Assembly (NCBI GenBank): GCA_950097015.1
Contig: CATNEN010000039.1
Coordinates: forward strand, 19,530,001 to 19,594,000
Length of the DNA stretch: 64,000 nucleotides
Direction: 5' to 3'
Source of the DNA: Macrostomum hystrix
Lineage: Eukaryota > Animalia > Platyhelminthes
The position numbers and the translations under genes are program-made. Positions 1-12,628 of this stretch are shown here, piece after piece (within the stretch, counting starts at the first letter, position 1; every line of letters begins with the position of its first letter). The notes under the pieces are model-generated. The model was not told the DNA's origin, did no database searches, and was given only the letters and a program-made list of their open reading frames with translations.

Positions 1-138
1 GCATGACTGCGTACTGTACCTGTGTGCGTGTGTGCTCAGGAGTCAGCGGAATGGGCAGAATTGCCTCCTCGCTGGCTGCGGGTCTAGTGTCACTAAATGA
101 CGTGCCATTGCCTGCAGCCCTCCTGCAATTATTTTTTT
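1..138 (+). mobile_element. 3' part of tRNA-derived SINE family A
   Basis: Matches the 3' third of the full copy at 63218-63624 (gtgctcaggagtcagc...cctcctcgctggctgcgggtctagtgtc...cagccctcctgcaattatt). Confidence 0.75.
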
Positions 139-391
139 CTGGACATTCACAAAAAATTAACTAACGCTTGAATTCGGATATTGGATATTGGATCATTCAA
201 GTAAATCTCATTTAATGACTTGTAGTAATAACAAATTTCATTTCAAATCTCACACTGATCTCACACTATAAATATCATTATAAATAGCTAACAATGCTAC
301 TCTTAAATGTCAATATATAATTAAAATTTCTCGTAAACAATTTTGTTAGTTAGTTTTCATGTGAATCAACACGATAAAAAAATAGTTCTAC

Positions 392-2693
392 CTGTCGCAG
401 CTGTTGGCTGTGTGAAATGCTGAGCACGGACTCGAGAATGCGGCTGGCATTGCGGTCAAGAAATTCCAGACAAGTGTCGCACAATGATTTTAAACTATAG
501 GCTGTAGCCAAATTGTACACCAGAGCTATATTGCTAGGTGTCAAGCTGACCTTAAGAAATTCGGACAGGGCTGTCTCCAGCTGGACAAAGTTGAATTGGT
601 GAGCTAGGCCCAGAAGGTCAAGAATGGCATCTTCCTTTATAAAATTGAATAGGTGTATTTGGTTATTATGGAGCCAATAAATTATTTTATTAGTTGCACA
701 TACTTAACTTGGCCTAATGTGTATTATATCCATTATATGCTGCTCACCACATAAGCTAATGTGCCATTAATAACTGCAACTTAGTAATTCATCATAGTTT
801 CTGTTTTATTATTGTATCACCATACATGCGCAACCTCCCAAATCTTAGCCGGCCGTGCGACTTAGTTTTTGCTCTCATTTGCGACTTAGTTCATTTCATT
901 GCTCTATTTACAACTTAGTTTGCTCTCATTTGCTCTCTTTTTCTCTCCCCTTTTTCCTTTTCTTCACGCCTTCCTTTTTTGTCCCTTGGTCCCCCCTTTG
1001 ATTTTTTTGCGCTTGGTCAATTGGTTTTTGCGACTTACCTTGCTTGGCCCTCGTTTCACCCGGCCGGTTCGGCCGGGTCGGCCGGGTGTTGCGCATGTAT
1101 GTGTATCACACTTAGTAAAGTATAAAAATAGCTAGCAAATTTACAAAAACATTTGTGTTTAAAACAAATATTATAACATTTATTATACTTGAGAAACTTG
1201 ATTTTCAGGGAAGCAATTAGCATGCAGCAGGCTAAGGAAAACTTTTCTTATAAATAAGTATATACATACAAGTGCAACCTCCATAATCTCAGTTGACCAT
1301 GAGTTTTTTCAACTAAAAATGTACCATCAATTGTTGCAGATCAGTTTGATAGGTTTAAACACACTTTTTATTGCAAATGCAATGATTTGCAATACTTGGT
1401 GAAATGGTTTTGGTAGAGAATATAAATGTGAAAAACTAAAGGTAGTCACAATTGCAAATCACAATTATGACCTACTTGGGCCTGCTACATAGTTGCCACT
1501 GGCAAGCAATGAAATATTAGTGCTAGATGAAAAACTTTGCGCAGCATTAGATCAATTTGTTTAAAACTTTATAATAAACATTAAAATTCATAAGCAGTAA
1601 CCACAAGTCCACAAATCCCATAGTTATCTTTCTCTTTTAGCCAGTCTTTATCCCATTTTGTGGCTTGGCCTTGTTGGTTTGGCTTCCACTTAGGCTTTGC
1701 TTTGGAACTCATGCCTGGTGCAAGTGTCTATTCAATTAAATAGTCTCTTCTGTTGCTTATGTTACTTTGTTGAAAAACAAGTTCTCTGTATAAACGGGAT
1801 TAAATAAAGAGCTTTAGCTGGGCCATTTGGGTGGGACTGCGATTGGGCCAGGGGTGAACCAAACCCCACATCTCAGACCCTCAGAATAAAGCCAAAGGGA
1901 GACAAAAGAAAAACAGAGAGTAGAAAAAAAGAGAGAAGAATATCTCTCTGTAGAAAAACAGAGAGAGAAGAAAAGAAGAAAGTCAGAGAAAAGAAGAAAA
2001 GGAGAAGAAAAGCAGAGTAGCATAGAACTTAGTTTTTGACCAAGTGTTAGGCCTACACAAACTAAACATTTGTTAGCTCTGTAAATAAACAAATTTGTAT
2101 TCTAATAAAATTGGCTCAGACCTTGTCTGGACAGTGGACGAGTATACATTTACCACAAATTCAAAGTTATAAAAACAGCTAGTAGGCCTAGGGGGCCTAA
2201 GCAAAAACCATAAAACACAACTTTCTTTTTTTGTTGACCAAAAAAGTTGTTTACCCTAGCTAGACAAGACAAATACTTAATTGTGAGTTAAATCCTTTAA
2301 ACATGGAGCATTATAATTTTATCTATACACTATAACAATACTTACCTTGATTTCAAGCAAGTTGAGCTTTCCAGTATATATGTACTTTAGCAGATAATAG
2401 AATGATTTTCCATTAATATCTTGTAGTTCAACTTCAGTAGACTGACTTTCAGAAAGTCCTCCAAAAAACAAGGCTCTGAAGTACTCTGAACGACATGCTA
2501 GTATAATTTTATGAACGCAAAAAACTTCGCCATCAACTATCAGTTTTACATCAGTAAACTCATCACTACTGAATAACTGTCCAATATCATTTGACACATG
2601 ACTTGTGTGATCAACATCTTTGAGGACATGATCATATTGGCCAGCCTGTCCGGAAGGCTTAGTAGAAGTTAGATAGTGCTTGTCAGCTGACAT
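392..2693 (-). CDS. BTBD9: BTB/POZ-BACK protein, BTBD9-like; first two coding exons only (gene continues off the left edge)
   Basis: Exons 2693-2346 (MSADKH...DHTSHVSNDIGQL...DVKLIVDGEVFCVHKIILACRSEYFRALFFGGLSES...LLKYIYTGKLNLLEIK, donor gtaagt) and 634-392 (EDAILDLLGLAHQFNFVQLETALSEFL...LCDTCLEFLDRNA), both phase 0. They match BTBD9 motifs recalled from the family. Confidence 0.85.
821..1101 (+). mobile_element. MITE family 1 (TIR CATACATGCGCAAC, 8-bp TSD; hAT- or P-like)
   Basis: Perfect 14-bp TIRs; TSD TGTATCAC on both sides; near-identical copies at 5046-5315 and 54758-55056. Confidence 0.92.
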
Positions 2694-3255
2694 CACCTGC
2701 TAGAAGAGGAGTATAGTAAAAATAGAGAATTGATATCTAATTCAAGGATTCTAGCCTCTACTTTATCTATGTATAAGTCCTACCAGAAGCTTTAAATAGC
2801 ATGTTAGGTTGTATTTCAAGAAAAATTCTCACGACCTGCTACATAATTTTTGTACAATATGCAAATCTGAATTTTTTGATAAGCGAGACCAAGAAGCAGA
2901 CGTTGAGCAGCTAAATAGATTGTACCTGCGTGTATCTTAAATCCATCTGAAAACTGTGCGTGATCCAATTCAAGTTCAAGACATAACATTCATTAGTTTT
3001 TTTATTATAAAAGCAATTCATGATGGAATTTAAATAGTTTTTTAAGTAATAAAAACGTTTTTATGATTGCATTTATTACTTTATGCGGTAAATATTATAT
3101 GTTACGATTTTGCTTTGATATAATACAGTGCTTGAAATTCAAAGTTATATTTTTATAGTTTAATTATTAAACTGATAACTTAAGTAACCTGCAACTTAAA
3201 GAATTATTGGACATAGCTCTAATTGCCATTATACTGTTCTGTTTATCATTTTAAA

Positions 3256-6200
3256 ATGGAGTATTTTCATAAGTTGGAAGATTTTCTTCACAAGGATAAT
3301 GTAATTGCGCAAGCTTTTGCCAAGCTGGAGGAGAAGACTAAAGTAAAGCGCACTTACTTTGCTCTAGGTAAGTATTTTTTACATTAAAAACTACAATCTA
3401 GAAAGCTAGTTACTGAATTAGTGTGCAATATTTTATATTTAGCTATTTCTTTTAGCAAGTCTATGCTTTCAATTAAACTATTGCTAGTCTATGCTATTAA
3501 CTAGGCTACATCAAACATTATTGCAAATACACAAAAAGTACCAGGCTCTATAAAATCTACTATTTTTGACTCCAGGCATCCCATTATCGTTGTAAAGTGT
3601 CTCAGACTAATAATTAATGTCTGATGTAAACAGTTTTTGTCAATTTCCACCATTTGTTATCTGTGTTTTATCCATTACTTCAGTTCTGTATCCACTTCCA
3701 TATTTGCAATCTGCATTTTATTTACTATTTCCATATTCTGTGTTTTATCTGGTACCTACCAATTGTGTGGAATTTAACCTCTGATAATTTTGAAAGATAA
3801 TTGTTATTTGTCTGATTAACTAGACGATTTTGAGCTATTTTGGATATTTGTCCAGTTGACCAGAAAAATTGCTATTTTTACTTCTCTAGTTAAAGGACAA
3901 AATTTATATAAATCAGTAATACATTAATAACTTGGCCTATATTGAGTTTCTTTTGTTATACATTAAAATATATATTGATAACTGTGATATATAAATTTGC
4001 AAACCATTTCAACTTTTAATTTCAATTTTTTAAAAATAATTTATCACATCACCCTCTATAGTCAGGAAGGTGGCTTCTGAGGGAGAAAATTCCCCGCACA
4101 CAAAGGGTCTCTGTGCACATTGACGCACATAGAGGGTCTTGGCACACATTTGTGTACAAGCGTGGTACACACAAAGGGTCTTGGGTTAACATAGGGTGCT
4201 TTTCTATGTAGGGTCAGGGTTGGGGGACAGAAACAGTGTATAGACGACGCACAAATGGCGCACAGATTGTCCCTCCAACATTTATTCCAGCATATGCTTT
4301 GCCACCTTCCTGACTATGGATCACCCTTCACAATTAAATCTCAAGAACCAACGGAAGTAAAAAGATGCAATAAGAACTTAAAAACGAATTGCCATACAAG
4401 TAAATTCATTTGTTTATAGAAAAGAACACATCAATTGAATTAATAAAAATCTCACAATTTTTGTGTCTCAAAGTCTATAGTGCATATTTTCTTTCAAAAC
4501 TCTGTCTATGTCTTTAAAATGTTTCAAATAAATAAAGTATCACATCCTTTTACTTCTAGATTTTCTTGAGATTAATGTGTAAAGTTTGATACAATTAAAT
4601 TTCTTTTGATAATAATAAGATTTGGAATTGTTTTTCAGAAAGGGATAATCCAAAAAATGTGATAATATGAATGTAACAGTCTAAAGAATAACAATGAAAA
4701 ACCAATATAGTAATTAATGAATTTTGGGTATATATTTTTCTTTTACTTGACAAAAAAGATAAGCTCTATTTGTATGGTTAAATGGAGGAATATTCAAAAT
4801 AGATTTGTTATACTGCCCATTTATCTGTTTTTTACTTCTTCTAACTTCAAAGTGGGTAAATAAAGAATGTGTGAGATCTAGTCTTTAATTTTTTAGCATG
4901 TACCCAGTTTGTTCTAGACTTCAGGGTATGTATGCAATTAAAACACAGGGTCAACAGCCAGCATGTATTTAACCTGTTAGCTGTTTATAATAAATTGAGT
5001 TAGGGAATTTTTTAAACTTATTTAAGTAATCTTGAATATAATATTCATACATGCGCAACACCCGGCCGAACCGGCCGGGTGAAACAAGGGCCAAGCAAGG
5101 TAAGTTGCAAAAATCAATTGACCAAGTGCAAAAAAATCAAAGGGGGGACCAAGGGACAAAAAAGGAAGGCGTGAAGAAAAGGAAAAAGGGGAGAGAAAAA
5201 GAGCAAATGAGAGCAAACTAAGTCGTAAATAGAGCAATGAAATGAACTAAGTCGCAAATGAGAGCAAAAACTAAGTCGCACGGCCGGCTAAGATTTGGGA
5301 GGTTGCGCATGTATGATAATATGCAATAAATTTTAAGTTTTCAGTTTTTTTTTTAAACATTAGATTGACTCTTTTTTAAGTATATATGAAATTAAAAACA
5401 TAGCTGAAAGCTTTTTTACTTTTATTTTTTTATTTTTATTACACCTGCCCCAATCGGGTCAGATGTGCAGCCGACAGCACAGCCGCACCTAATGTGCGGC
5501 GCATCTAAAGGCTGTGTACAGCTCTTCAGTCCATGGACTGGGGGGGACGCCACACCCACCTTCAATTATCCCAGCTGATCTTGGTACCCATTTAACAGCT
5601 GGGTGAACTGAAGCAATGCAGAGTTAAGTGTCTTGCTAAAAGACACAAATTGTTCAGAGGAGTCGGGAATCGAACCCCCGACCTTCAAGTCGTGAGTCCG
5701 ACGCCCTAACCACTAGGCTACAACCTCTCTTAAGACGATCTCTTACTGCGGAGACTCAATTTAATTTTATGTTTGTGTTTATTTTTTAATAGCCTACTCT
5801 TGATTTCCTATTTTAAAATTATGTTTAAAGATAATGGTCAGACAAATTAACAGTTTAGCTATATTATATGGCTATAAGAAACTTTTTTTCTGCAGAACTT
5901 TCTGCATAACTTCTAGTTAGGAACAAAAAATGTATATGACCATGATGTGTAATTTTTTTAGGTTGTCAAAAAATCACTGGCTCTAAGTTTATTAAGGCAG
6001 ATAAAATCCTTATTTTCAAAAAGTTTTTTGGCAGTCTTGAACTAACTAATAAATATTTGATTTAACAATCCTTCCTTTCACTCCAGGCCTGATTGCATTC
6101 GTAGCCCTTTACCTAATGTTTGGCTATGGCTCCCAGTTTCTGGCTAACTTTATCGGCTTTCTCTATCCGGCCTATGCCTCGGTGAAGGCCATCGAGTCTC

Positions 6201-6970
6201 CAGCTAAAGACGATGATACTAAGTGGCTCACCTACTGGGTAGTTTACGCCGCATTCGGCCTATTAGAGACCTTTACGGACATCCTGCTGTTCTGGATTCC
6301 TCTCTACTCCTTTCTGAAGTGCGCCCTGCTTATCTACCTGATGGCCCCAATTGCTGCTAACGGATCTGTCACCATCTATCGTCGCTTGATTCGTCCGTTC
6401 GTGCTCACGCATCAGGGCCGCATTGACAAGGCTCTGGTTGAGGCTCAGGCTGCCGCTTCCAAGCTTGCCGATGAAGGTGAGCTGAACTGTTTGTGCTTTT
6501 TTGTGGAATTTTAGCCCTCTTGACCCTACTCTTTACTAGGGCTAAGATAATTTTTAACTGTTCGACAATTTCTATAAATTCTATAATTCTATAAAATCTA
6601 TAAATTTAAAGTGTACTTTACATTCCCTAGATTTCACAGAATTCATATTCACATTCCCTGAACCGCACATTCCTTGAACTGCACATTCTCTAAGCCGCAC
6701 ACTCCATAAACTGCACATTACATAAACTGCACATTCCCATGAACTGTACATTGCCTTAGCACAATTTCCTAAATGTCGTATACCTTAAATTTTATATAAA
6801 TTTCACATTCCGTAAACTGCAGATTCCTCAATTTCGCTTTCCCGTTAATGCGAGGCTTACATGAATGCAACATTCTATAGACATACATTTTACATTTGTC
6901 TCCCGCAGCCACCGCGGAAGCTCTCCGTCGCAGCGTTGACTATGCCACCACCAACGATAAAGACGAATAA
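3256..6970 (+). CDS. REEP5: Receptor expression-enhancing protein 5/6 (TB2/DP1/HVA22 family), 187 aa
   Basis: Exons 3256-3367 (MEYFHKLEDFLHKDN...LEEKTKVKRTYFALG, donor gtaagt), 6087-6476 (GFLYPAYASVKAIES...DDTKWLTYWVVY) and 6909-6970. Phases are consistent; 564 nt in total. Confidence 0.93.
4056..4319. mobile_element. MITE family 2 (about 19-bp TIR, 8-bp TSD)
   Basis: TIR ctatagtcaggaaggtggc / gccaccttcctgactatgg; TSD ATCACCCT at 4048-4055 and 4320-4327. Confidence 0.85.
5046..5315 (-). mobile_element. MITE family 1, copy 2
   Basis: Reverse complement of 821-1101; TSD ATAATATT/ATAATATG (7 of 8 match). Confidence 0.9.
5418..5729 (-). mobile_element. tRNA-derived SINE family B with a Nin/Deu-like central domain
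   Basis: Minus strand: A box TAGCCTAGTGG, B box GGTTCGATTCC, then tgtgtcttttagcaagacacttaactc...cacccagctgttaaatgggtacc (Nin-domain-like, from memory of the consensus), then an A-rich tail. Confidence 0.8.
6620..6830. repeat. Degenerate ~16-bp minisatellite (ctgcacattccctaaa-like) in REEP intron 2
   Basis: Recurring cacatt(c)c motif at about 16-bp spacing. Confidence 0.55.
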
Positions 6971-8159
6971 AAACTGGATGAAGTAAGGAATGAAATGAAG
7001 ATCTAGATTGACAATTGCGGCAAATGTCACCTTTAGAGTGTTTTTTGTTGGCTTCGCTAAAATTTAAGACTAACAGTTTCTACTAAAGTGTTTTTTGTGT
7101 GCTTTATTCAGAGAAAAAGCAACTTGGTGATCGAGTTTTGCGGTTGATTAACTTTTGTGATTTTCGTTGTGGTAACTGACTTGCTGTGAGGAAAACGGCG
7201 GTTTTTAAGAACTATTTAGAATGCTGATGATTATTATTATTAAATGCGTATGGACTGAATCTGACAAGCTACTTCCCTAACTAAAAATATATGAAAGCTA
7301 CGCAAGTATTGTGTCCATCAAGCAGTAATATAAACGAATCCTTATTAGCTTACTAACCCGAGCTTTTGCACCATTTTATGTTATTAATATTATCTTATTA
7401 TTATCCCATATGGACCGTGAGTTGAAGCTCTCCTCTGTAGTTGCAATTTAGTTGTCCCTGTGCTTATTTTTTGTTGTATTTCGTTTACTTAATTTGTCCG
7501 GTATCATTTTTTAACCAGACACGCGCGCGCACCATGCAAACTTACACACACATGCACATCACATGTGAATAAGCTTGATTAGCACATGAAACCGAATCGG
7601 GTTAATGCTTGTCTAGTGGCTAATAATCATTTATTTATCAGCAGTTTCCTCGGCAACAATTCGCTATTAAATGTGACATGTGTTTTAGCTAGTATAGATT
7701 TTCTATCAAGCATGCTCAGCTCTGATCCATTAGACTACCCCTCCCTTACCTTTAACCCTGCTTAGGCTGCTTTTTTTATTTAGTACGAAATCAAACCCAA
7801 TAAGAAAACAACTGAATTACACAGTTGCTACACCTTCAAAGTTTTGTTTTGGACATAAAAAATCTTACTTTATTTGAATCTGTATCTTGTGTTGTTTCTT
7901 TGCGTTAAAGTACTTGTAATCTGGGTACATACGTAAACCCTCTTATCGTAGGCTCTTGTGTGCTTGGGGCATTTTTATGGCTTAGCTTAAATCGAGCCAA
8001 TGACATTAGCTGAGTTTGAGACTTCGCTACGGTTGATGCTACTGACCATAATCTTCGTAACAAAAGTAGTGCGCACGAATTTTATTCCGGCTTCATGAAA
8101 TTTGCTCGATTTAGGATTCTGTAAGTATTACTGCTATTGTGCCATTGCCAGTAAGCGAT

Positions 8160-10375
8160 TCCGATTGGTCGAGGCAATGATGGATTGTTCAACGCTGATC
8201 GAAAGCGTTCATCTATGAGACAATGTTGATGCGTATGTGGTTTGATCATAGACAATGATGGATTGTTCAACGCTGATCGAAAGCGTTCATCTATGAGACA
8301 ATGTTGAAGCGTATGTGGTTTGATCATAGACAATGATTAAGTGTCACTCGTGGCTTCGCCACGTGAAACTTAATCATTGTCTATCTCTCGAACCACATAC
8401 GCAACTATACATTGTTCAACGATAAAGCGAATACATGATCTGATTGTTCAACGCTAAAAAGACGAGAAATTTCGGCTTCTTGAGGCCATAGACACTTACT
8501 TTCCTGCCCAGACCGACGAGAAAATTTGGTTGATTGAGGACATAGACAAGTTTTTTTCTTGACCAGACCAAAGCTTGTCAGATCCTGTGTGTATTATTTA
8601 GACGATAACAGACAGATACCATACCATACAGATAACAGACAAAACTGAAAATGATAAATTGGAATCATCTACCGGTAGACTCCTTGGATGGAGTATCGTC
8701 CAAGGAGTTGCAGTTTCTCTCGAATTTTAGCTTTCTAGATCACAGCCAAGACCAAGACCTGAAGGACTTCATTGACTTCATAACTGACCATAGCAGGAAC
8801 GACGACAATGTGCTAGATGTGCAGTTGCCGGATGAAGACGTCGTAGCCACCTGCGGTGCTAATAGCGTAGCCAGTGATGGAATATCGTCTGAGATGGATG
8901 GTGATGGACTATCGTCTGAAATGGATGACGCCGAGATGCGATCGCTGCCAAAAACTACCAGGGATCAAATGGTTCAGCACGGCAGCAAGTTTGTGAATTA
9001 CATGGATTCACTTGGTGTACACAAACAAGCATTGGCTACAATCGGAGCTGAACAATTAAACGACTATTTGCGACTCTATTACTTTCGTCTGAAGAAACCT
9101 GACGGCGAGCTATATTCAGCCGCGAGTTTGGTGTGCATTAGAGCTGGCATACGTTACTTCGTCATATCATCAAGCGAGAAATAAACCTGGTTGGCGGTTC
9201 CGAGTTTTCAACAGCAAATCGAATGCTACGGGTCAAGGTTCGAGAGTTTCAATCTGCAGGAGGCGCCGTCAAGCACTATGAACCTATTGAGCTAGGCGAT
9301 TTAGCCAAGCTACAAGAATACTTTAATCGAACCACTGGAGAGAGGCTGCAAGACGAAACCTTATTCATACTACTCTACGTCTTAGGCGAGCGCGGCCAAG
9401 AACACCTAAAAAGTCTACGAAGGAGAGATCTTCTCGTGGACAAAATAGATTCCGATGGGCATCCCTATCTGGAGCTAGCGACTCTGCCAACAAAAAACCA
9501 GAGCGCCGATCCAAATAAAGCTAAATCATTCGTCGAAAAGCAAGCGAGAATCTACGGTAAGCAGAGAGCTGATTCTGTTGTACTCTGCGTCACTGCCCGC
9601 CGAAGCAAAGGATGACACCTTTTTTCCGAGACCAATGCCAAACAAGGATGGTGTAGTTCGCTTCTCAACAAAGCAACTGCGTGGCATCAATTGGCTCGGC
9701 TCAATTATGCAAAGACTGAGCAAAGTGTATCTTCTGTCGAGGACCTATACTAATCATTGCATTCGAGTGACCCGAATTGCTGATCTGAAGGACTCTGGTT
9801 TTGTTCTTAGTGACATAATGTGCATTACTGGGCAGCAAAACGAAGCAACTGTGCGACGATACCTATCACGAAAACGTGACAACGTCGTACGGGAGGCGTC
9901 ATCGTCCATCTGCCAGGCTCTCGTGAAGTCTGCAAGCAGTGCTGGTCCGTCGTCAACTTCAGCATCGGCAATTGAGCCTACCTACGGCGAATCACTTGAA
10001 CCTGAGGTTGCTACGCCCGCAGCAATCCAATCGATATCCAATCGATCAATCGGTGTCACGAGTTGCGTGGGATCGATATTCACAGAGTGCAAGTTCGAGA
10101 ACTGCTCCTTTACTTTTTCCAAGTGAGGGTTCACCGGCATCGAAAATTCAAACTAACTGTTTTGAAAGAAAAACTCTAAACTGTTGTTGCGTTGATTATT
10201 TTACCGTCGTTTTGTTAAATACATTTATGCCCACCACTGTCTTTGATCGAGTCATCAGCGTTAAGCAACCCCAGTTATTGCCTTATGCGAAGCAATGCAA
10301 ATATCTATGGGACAATGTAAATGGCTTTTGAGTGCGCAAATAGCTAGTTATAAACGATTTCGCTGTTCAATAGTG
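8160..10375 (+). mobile_element. Crypton-type tyrosine-recombinase DNA transposon (boundaries approximate)
   Basis: Intronless YR/DUF3504-like reading frames. The left end has a 78-bp tandem duplication and a ~120-bp imperfect palindrome. The motif atctatg(a/g)gacaatgt occurs at 8211, 8289 and again at 10303, downstream of the ORF. Confidence 0.72.
8651..10126 (+). pseudogene. Crypton tyrosine recombinase (DUF3504-like), about 490 aa, split by two frameshifts
   Basis: ORFs 8651-9184 (LNDYLRLYY...KKPDGELYSAASL..IRAGI), 9223-9615 (GERGQEH) and 9578-10126 (YTNHCIRVT...IMCITGQQNEATVRRY...FENCSFTF) give the catalytic R...HxxR...[H>Q]...Y arrangement. Confidence 0.82.
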
Positions 10376-10499
10376 CTTGTTTTTTACGATAGAAGCGTGC
10401 GGCAGCGCCAAACCTTAATGGCTGCATTATACCACGCTTTCCTACCCTAGACATTTGAGTAAATATGGGGTTATCAGTGCATTTATAACTTAAAACGGA

Positions 10500-10900
10500 A
10501 AATGATGCAAATCTCGAAATGTTGCGCAGTTACTTTGACAGAAGCACGGGCGAGAAGGTTCAAAATGAAGATTTGTTTACAATTCTCTACGTCTTCGGAG
10601 AAAGGGGACAGGAACATCTGAAGCATTTGCGTTCAAAGCAAAACCTGCTGGAAGGGACCGACGCAAATGGACATCCTTTTTTGGTAACTGCCCACTTCAA
10701 GGATAGCGTCCGAAAGCAGGCTCGATTGTACGGAGAGCAGCGAGTTCTCGTATGCTGCTCTGCTGCTCTGCTGCCTGTAGAATACCAAGGACAACAGCTT
10801 TTTTTCCGAAATCATTGCCCAACGACCGTTTAACGGATGACTTTCGCTTCTCGGAGAAGTTGGTTCGCGAGGATTGAGCTGAATGTCGAGCTTCATGCAG
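10500..10900 (+). pseudogene. Second, more decayed Crypton recombinase fragment
   Basis: YFDRSTGEKVQNEDLFTILYVFGERGQEHLKHLR...DANGHPFL...KQARLYG aligns by eye to YFNRTTGERLQDETLFILLYVLGERGQEHLKSLR...DSDGHPYL...KQARIYG of 9223-9615. Confidence 0.8.
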
Positions 10901-12426
10901 CAAATTTTTGTTCCTCCCTTTTCCTCCCCCCTGAAAATGTTTTTGCCAGCGCCTGAATGCTTTGGGGTGACTGATTGGTTGACAGACTAGTCGAGGGTGT
11001 CCTGTGGTTGAGCTGCGCCTAATAGTTAGGCTTGAACAGTGAAATTGGAGAAATTCGCGTCAGGGTGTCAGTGGCCTAGTTCCACCTGTTGTAGGTCTTG
11101 AAGGTCTAGATAGATAAGAGAGATAGATATAAAGGTCGGTGACCGCTGAAGTCGGAGATGATGCAGGCACATTCGGGTGACATGCTGATAAAGTTTGAAG
11201 GCCTGGCAAGGCCGCACTGAGGCGCAGTGCAAATTCGTGTATAGGGGTGTATGAAATACACTAGCTCTTATGGGAAAAATCGGACCTTCGGCCAGAAACA
11301 TTGAATATCTCGACGGTCTGAAGAGCTGGCGACTTGTTTCTTGTTTCAGAAGATGCGCAACAAAAAGTTGGCCCGTGTTCTTGAGTTTCGTGTGCTTGCA
11401 TTGTTCCGTTCGGGTGCAGCAAAAAAATTGTCAGGGGGGGGGAATTCCCCCCCCCCTTGGTAGTAATGTTAATCAGTCACTAGCAGCGAAATGGCTTACT
11501 TTACACCTGAAAATGTGTTAAATTAAAGGTCCGATATGAAACTTGCCTTCGATCTACGTTAAAGACATAAAATTATGGACAACAACTTGTGATTGCATGG
11601 TTAGATTAAGAAAGCATTGTGATCATCAGGATCTACTCGCGGTTGTCCGCGCGGTGAGTTTTTTATTGTTGATACTCAACTCGTACTCCGGTGTTAAAAT
11701 AAATAGGTTATAATTATATAGCTTTCTGACTTAGAAATGCCGATTCAAATATTGAAATTTTACTCTCCTGCGAATCGACTCAGCTTGTGCAGCCTGTTGA
11801 TATGGCGCCTGAGGCCTGTAAAAGGTGTGAATTAAATTAGTGTGGCTATTGTAAGTAAGTTTTAGTAACATTGAGCACTCGTTAAACTCCGATTGATTTT
11901 GATTGATTGATTGATTGATCGATTGATACTTTTGCCTGTGATTTTGGTAAGGCAAAAGCATCTGGCTTCTTCATCAACCTGAATGTCAAGTACGTTTACC
12001 AATATATAATTCATTCCCATCTTGAAACAGAGAGTCAGTTAAAAGGTTATTGAGTAAGGATAGTTAAAATAAATTAGTCAGTCAACTTTTCACAATTGTG
12101 AAAGTGCCAACTCTAAACTCAACTAATAGCTTTACTCAACTATGCTCGAACAGTCTTCATTCAGATTTGAATCGAATAACGCTTGAAGCAATGCTTGAAA
12201 AATGTTAAAACTTAAAATTAATAACGCTTTTAGCTGTGCCTGAGCTCAACATATTTTTCCTAGTTCTGAATCTGATAAAACTTGCAGCTATGCTAAAAAA
12301 CATTTCCTTAGTTTTAGCATGGAAAAACACTTGCTGCTGCACTCGGAAAACTTAGATTATTATCAGAATTAAAATACTTAAGCATAAAAATGTTGAGCCT
12401 AGAAATGTACCGATTCTGAGCCGGCA

Positions 12427-12628
12427 CGCCGCTGGTGCAGACAACGGAATGGCTAGCCAGATCACGTACTCGCGAATTCGCTCAGCAATGCAACTTTTTA
12501 GCAATATGCTTATTCAGTCTTTATATATAAAGAGAGCTATAGACCTCGCATATTCTTAGCTACACGCAGTGTAGCCAATGGGGTGTGCCTACCCACCGGC
12601 AGCTTTGCGGGTTGGGTATCGGACTCGT
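12427..12628 (+). mobile_element. Dispersed repeat with a Helitron-like 3' hairpin, copy 1
   Basis: About 200 bp shared with 28002-28206; internal TC-TATATATAAAGAGAG; terminal GC hairpin acccaccggcagctttgcgggttgggt followed by ctcg. Confidence 0.55.

Noticed and set aside
55-130. GCCTCCTCGCTGGC in the SINE 3' part resembles the P3/L3 of the genomic HDV ribozyme
   Set aside because: No upstream P1 partner, no GG for P1.1 and no C-N-R-A J4/2; the following bases pair downstream in a simple stem-loop typical of a LINE-derived tail.
899-1135. Hydrophobic small ORFs at 899, 5022 and 54857
   Set aside because: Translations of the pyrimidine-rich MITE family 1 interior.
5655-5729. tRNA gene
   Set aside because: The tRNA-like head continues into a SINE body and A-rich tail; it is a SINE, as is the head at 63550-63624.
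11432-11472. G-run/AATT/C-run palindrome ending near TTAA
   Set aside because: Probably one end of a decayed DNA transposon; no matching second end or TSD found.
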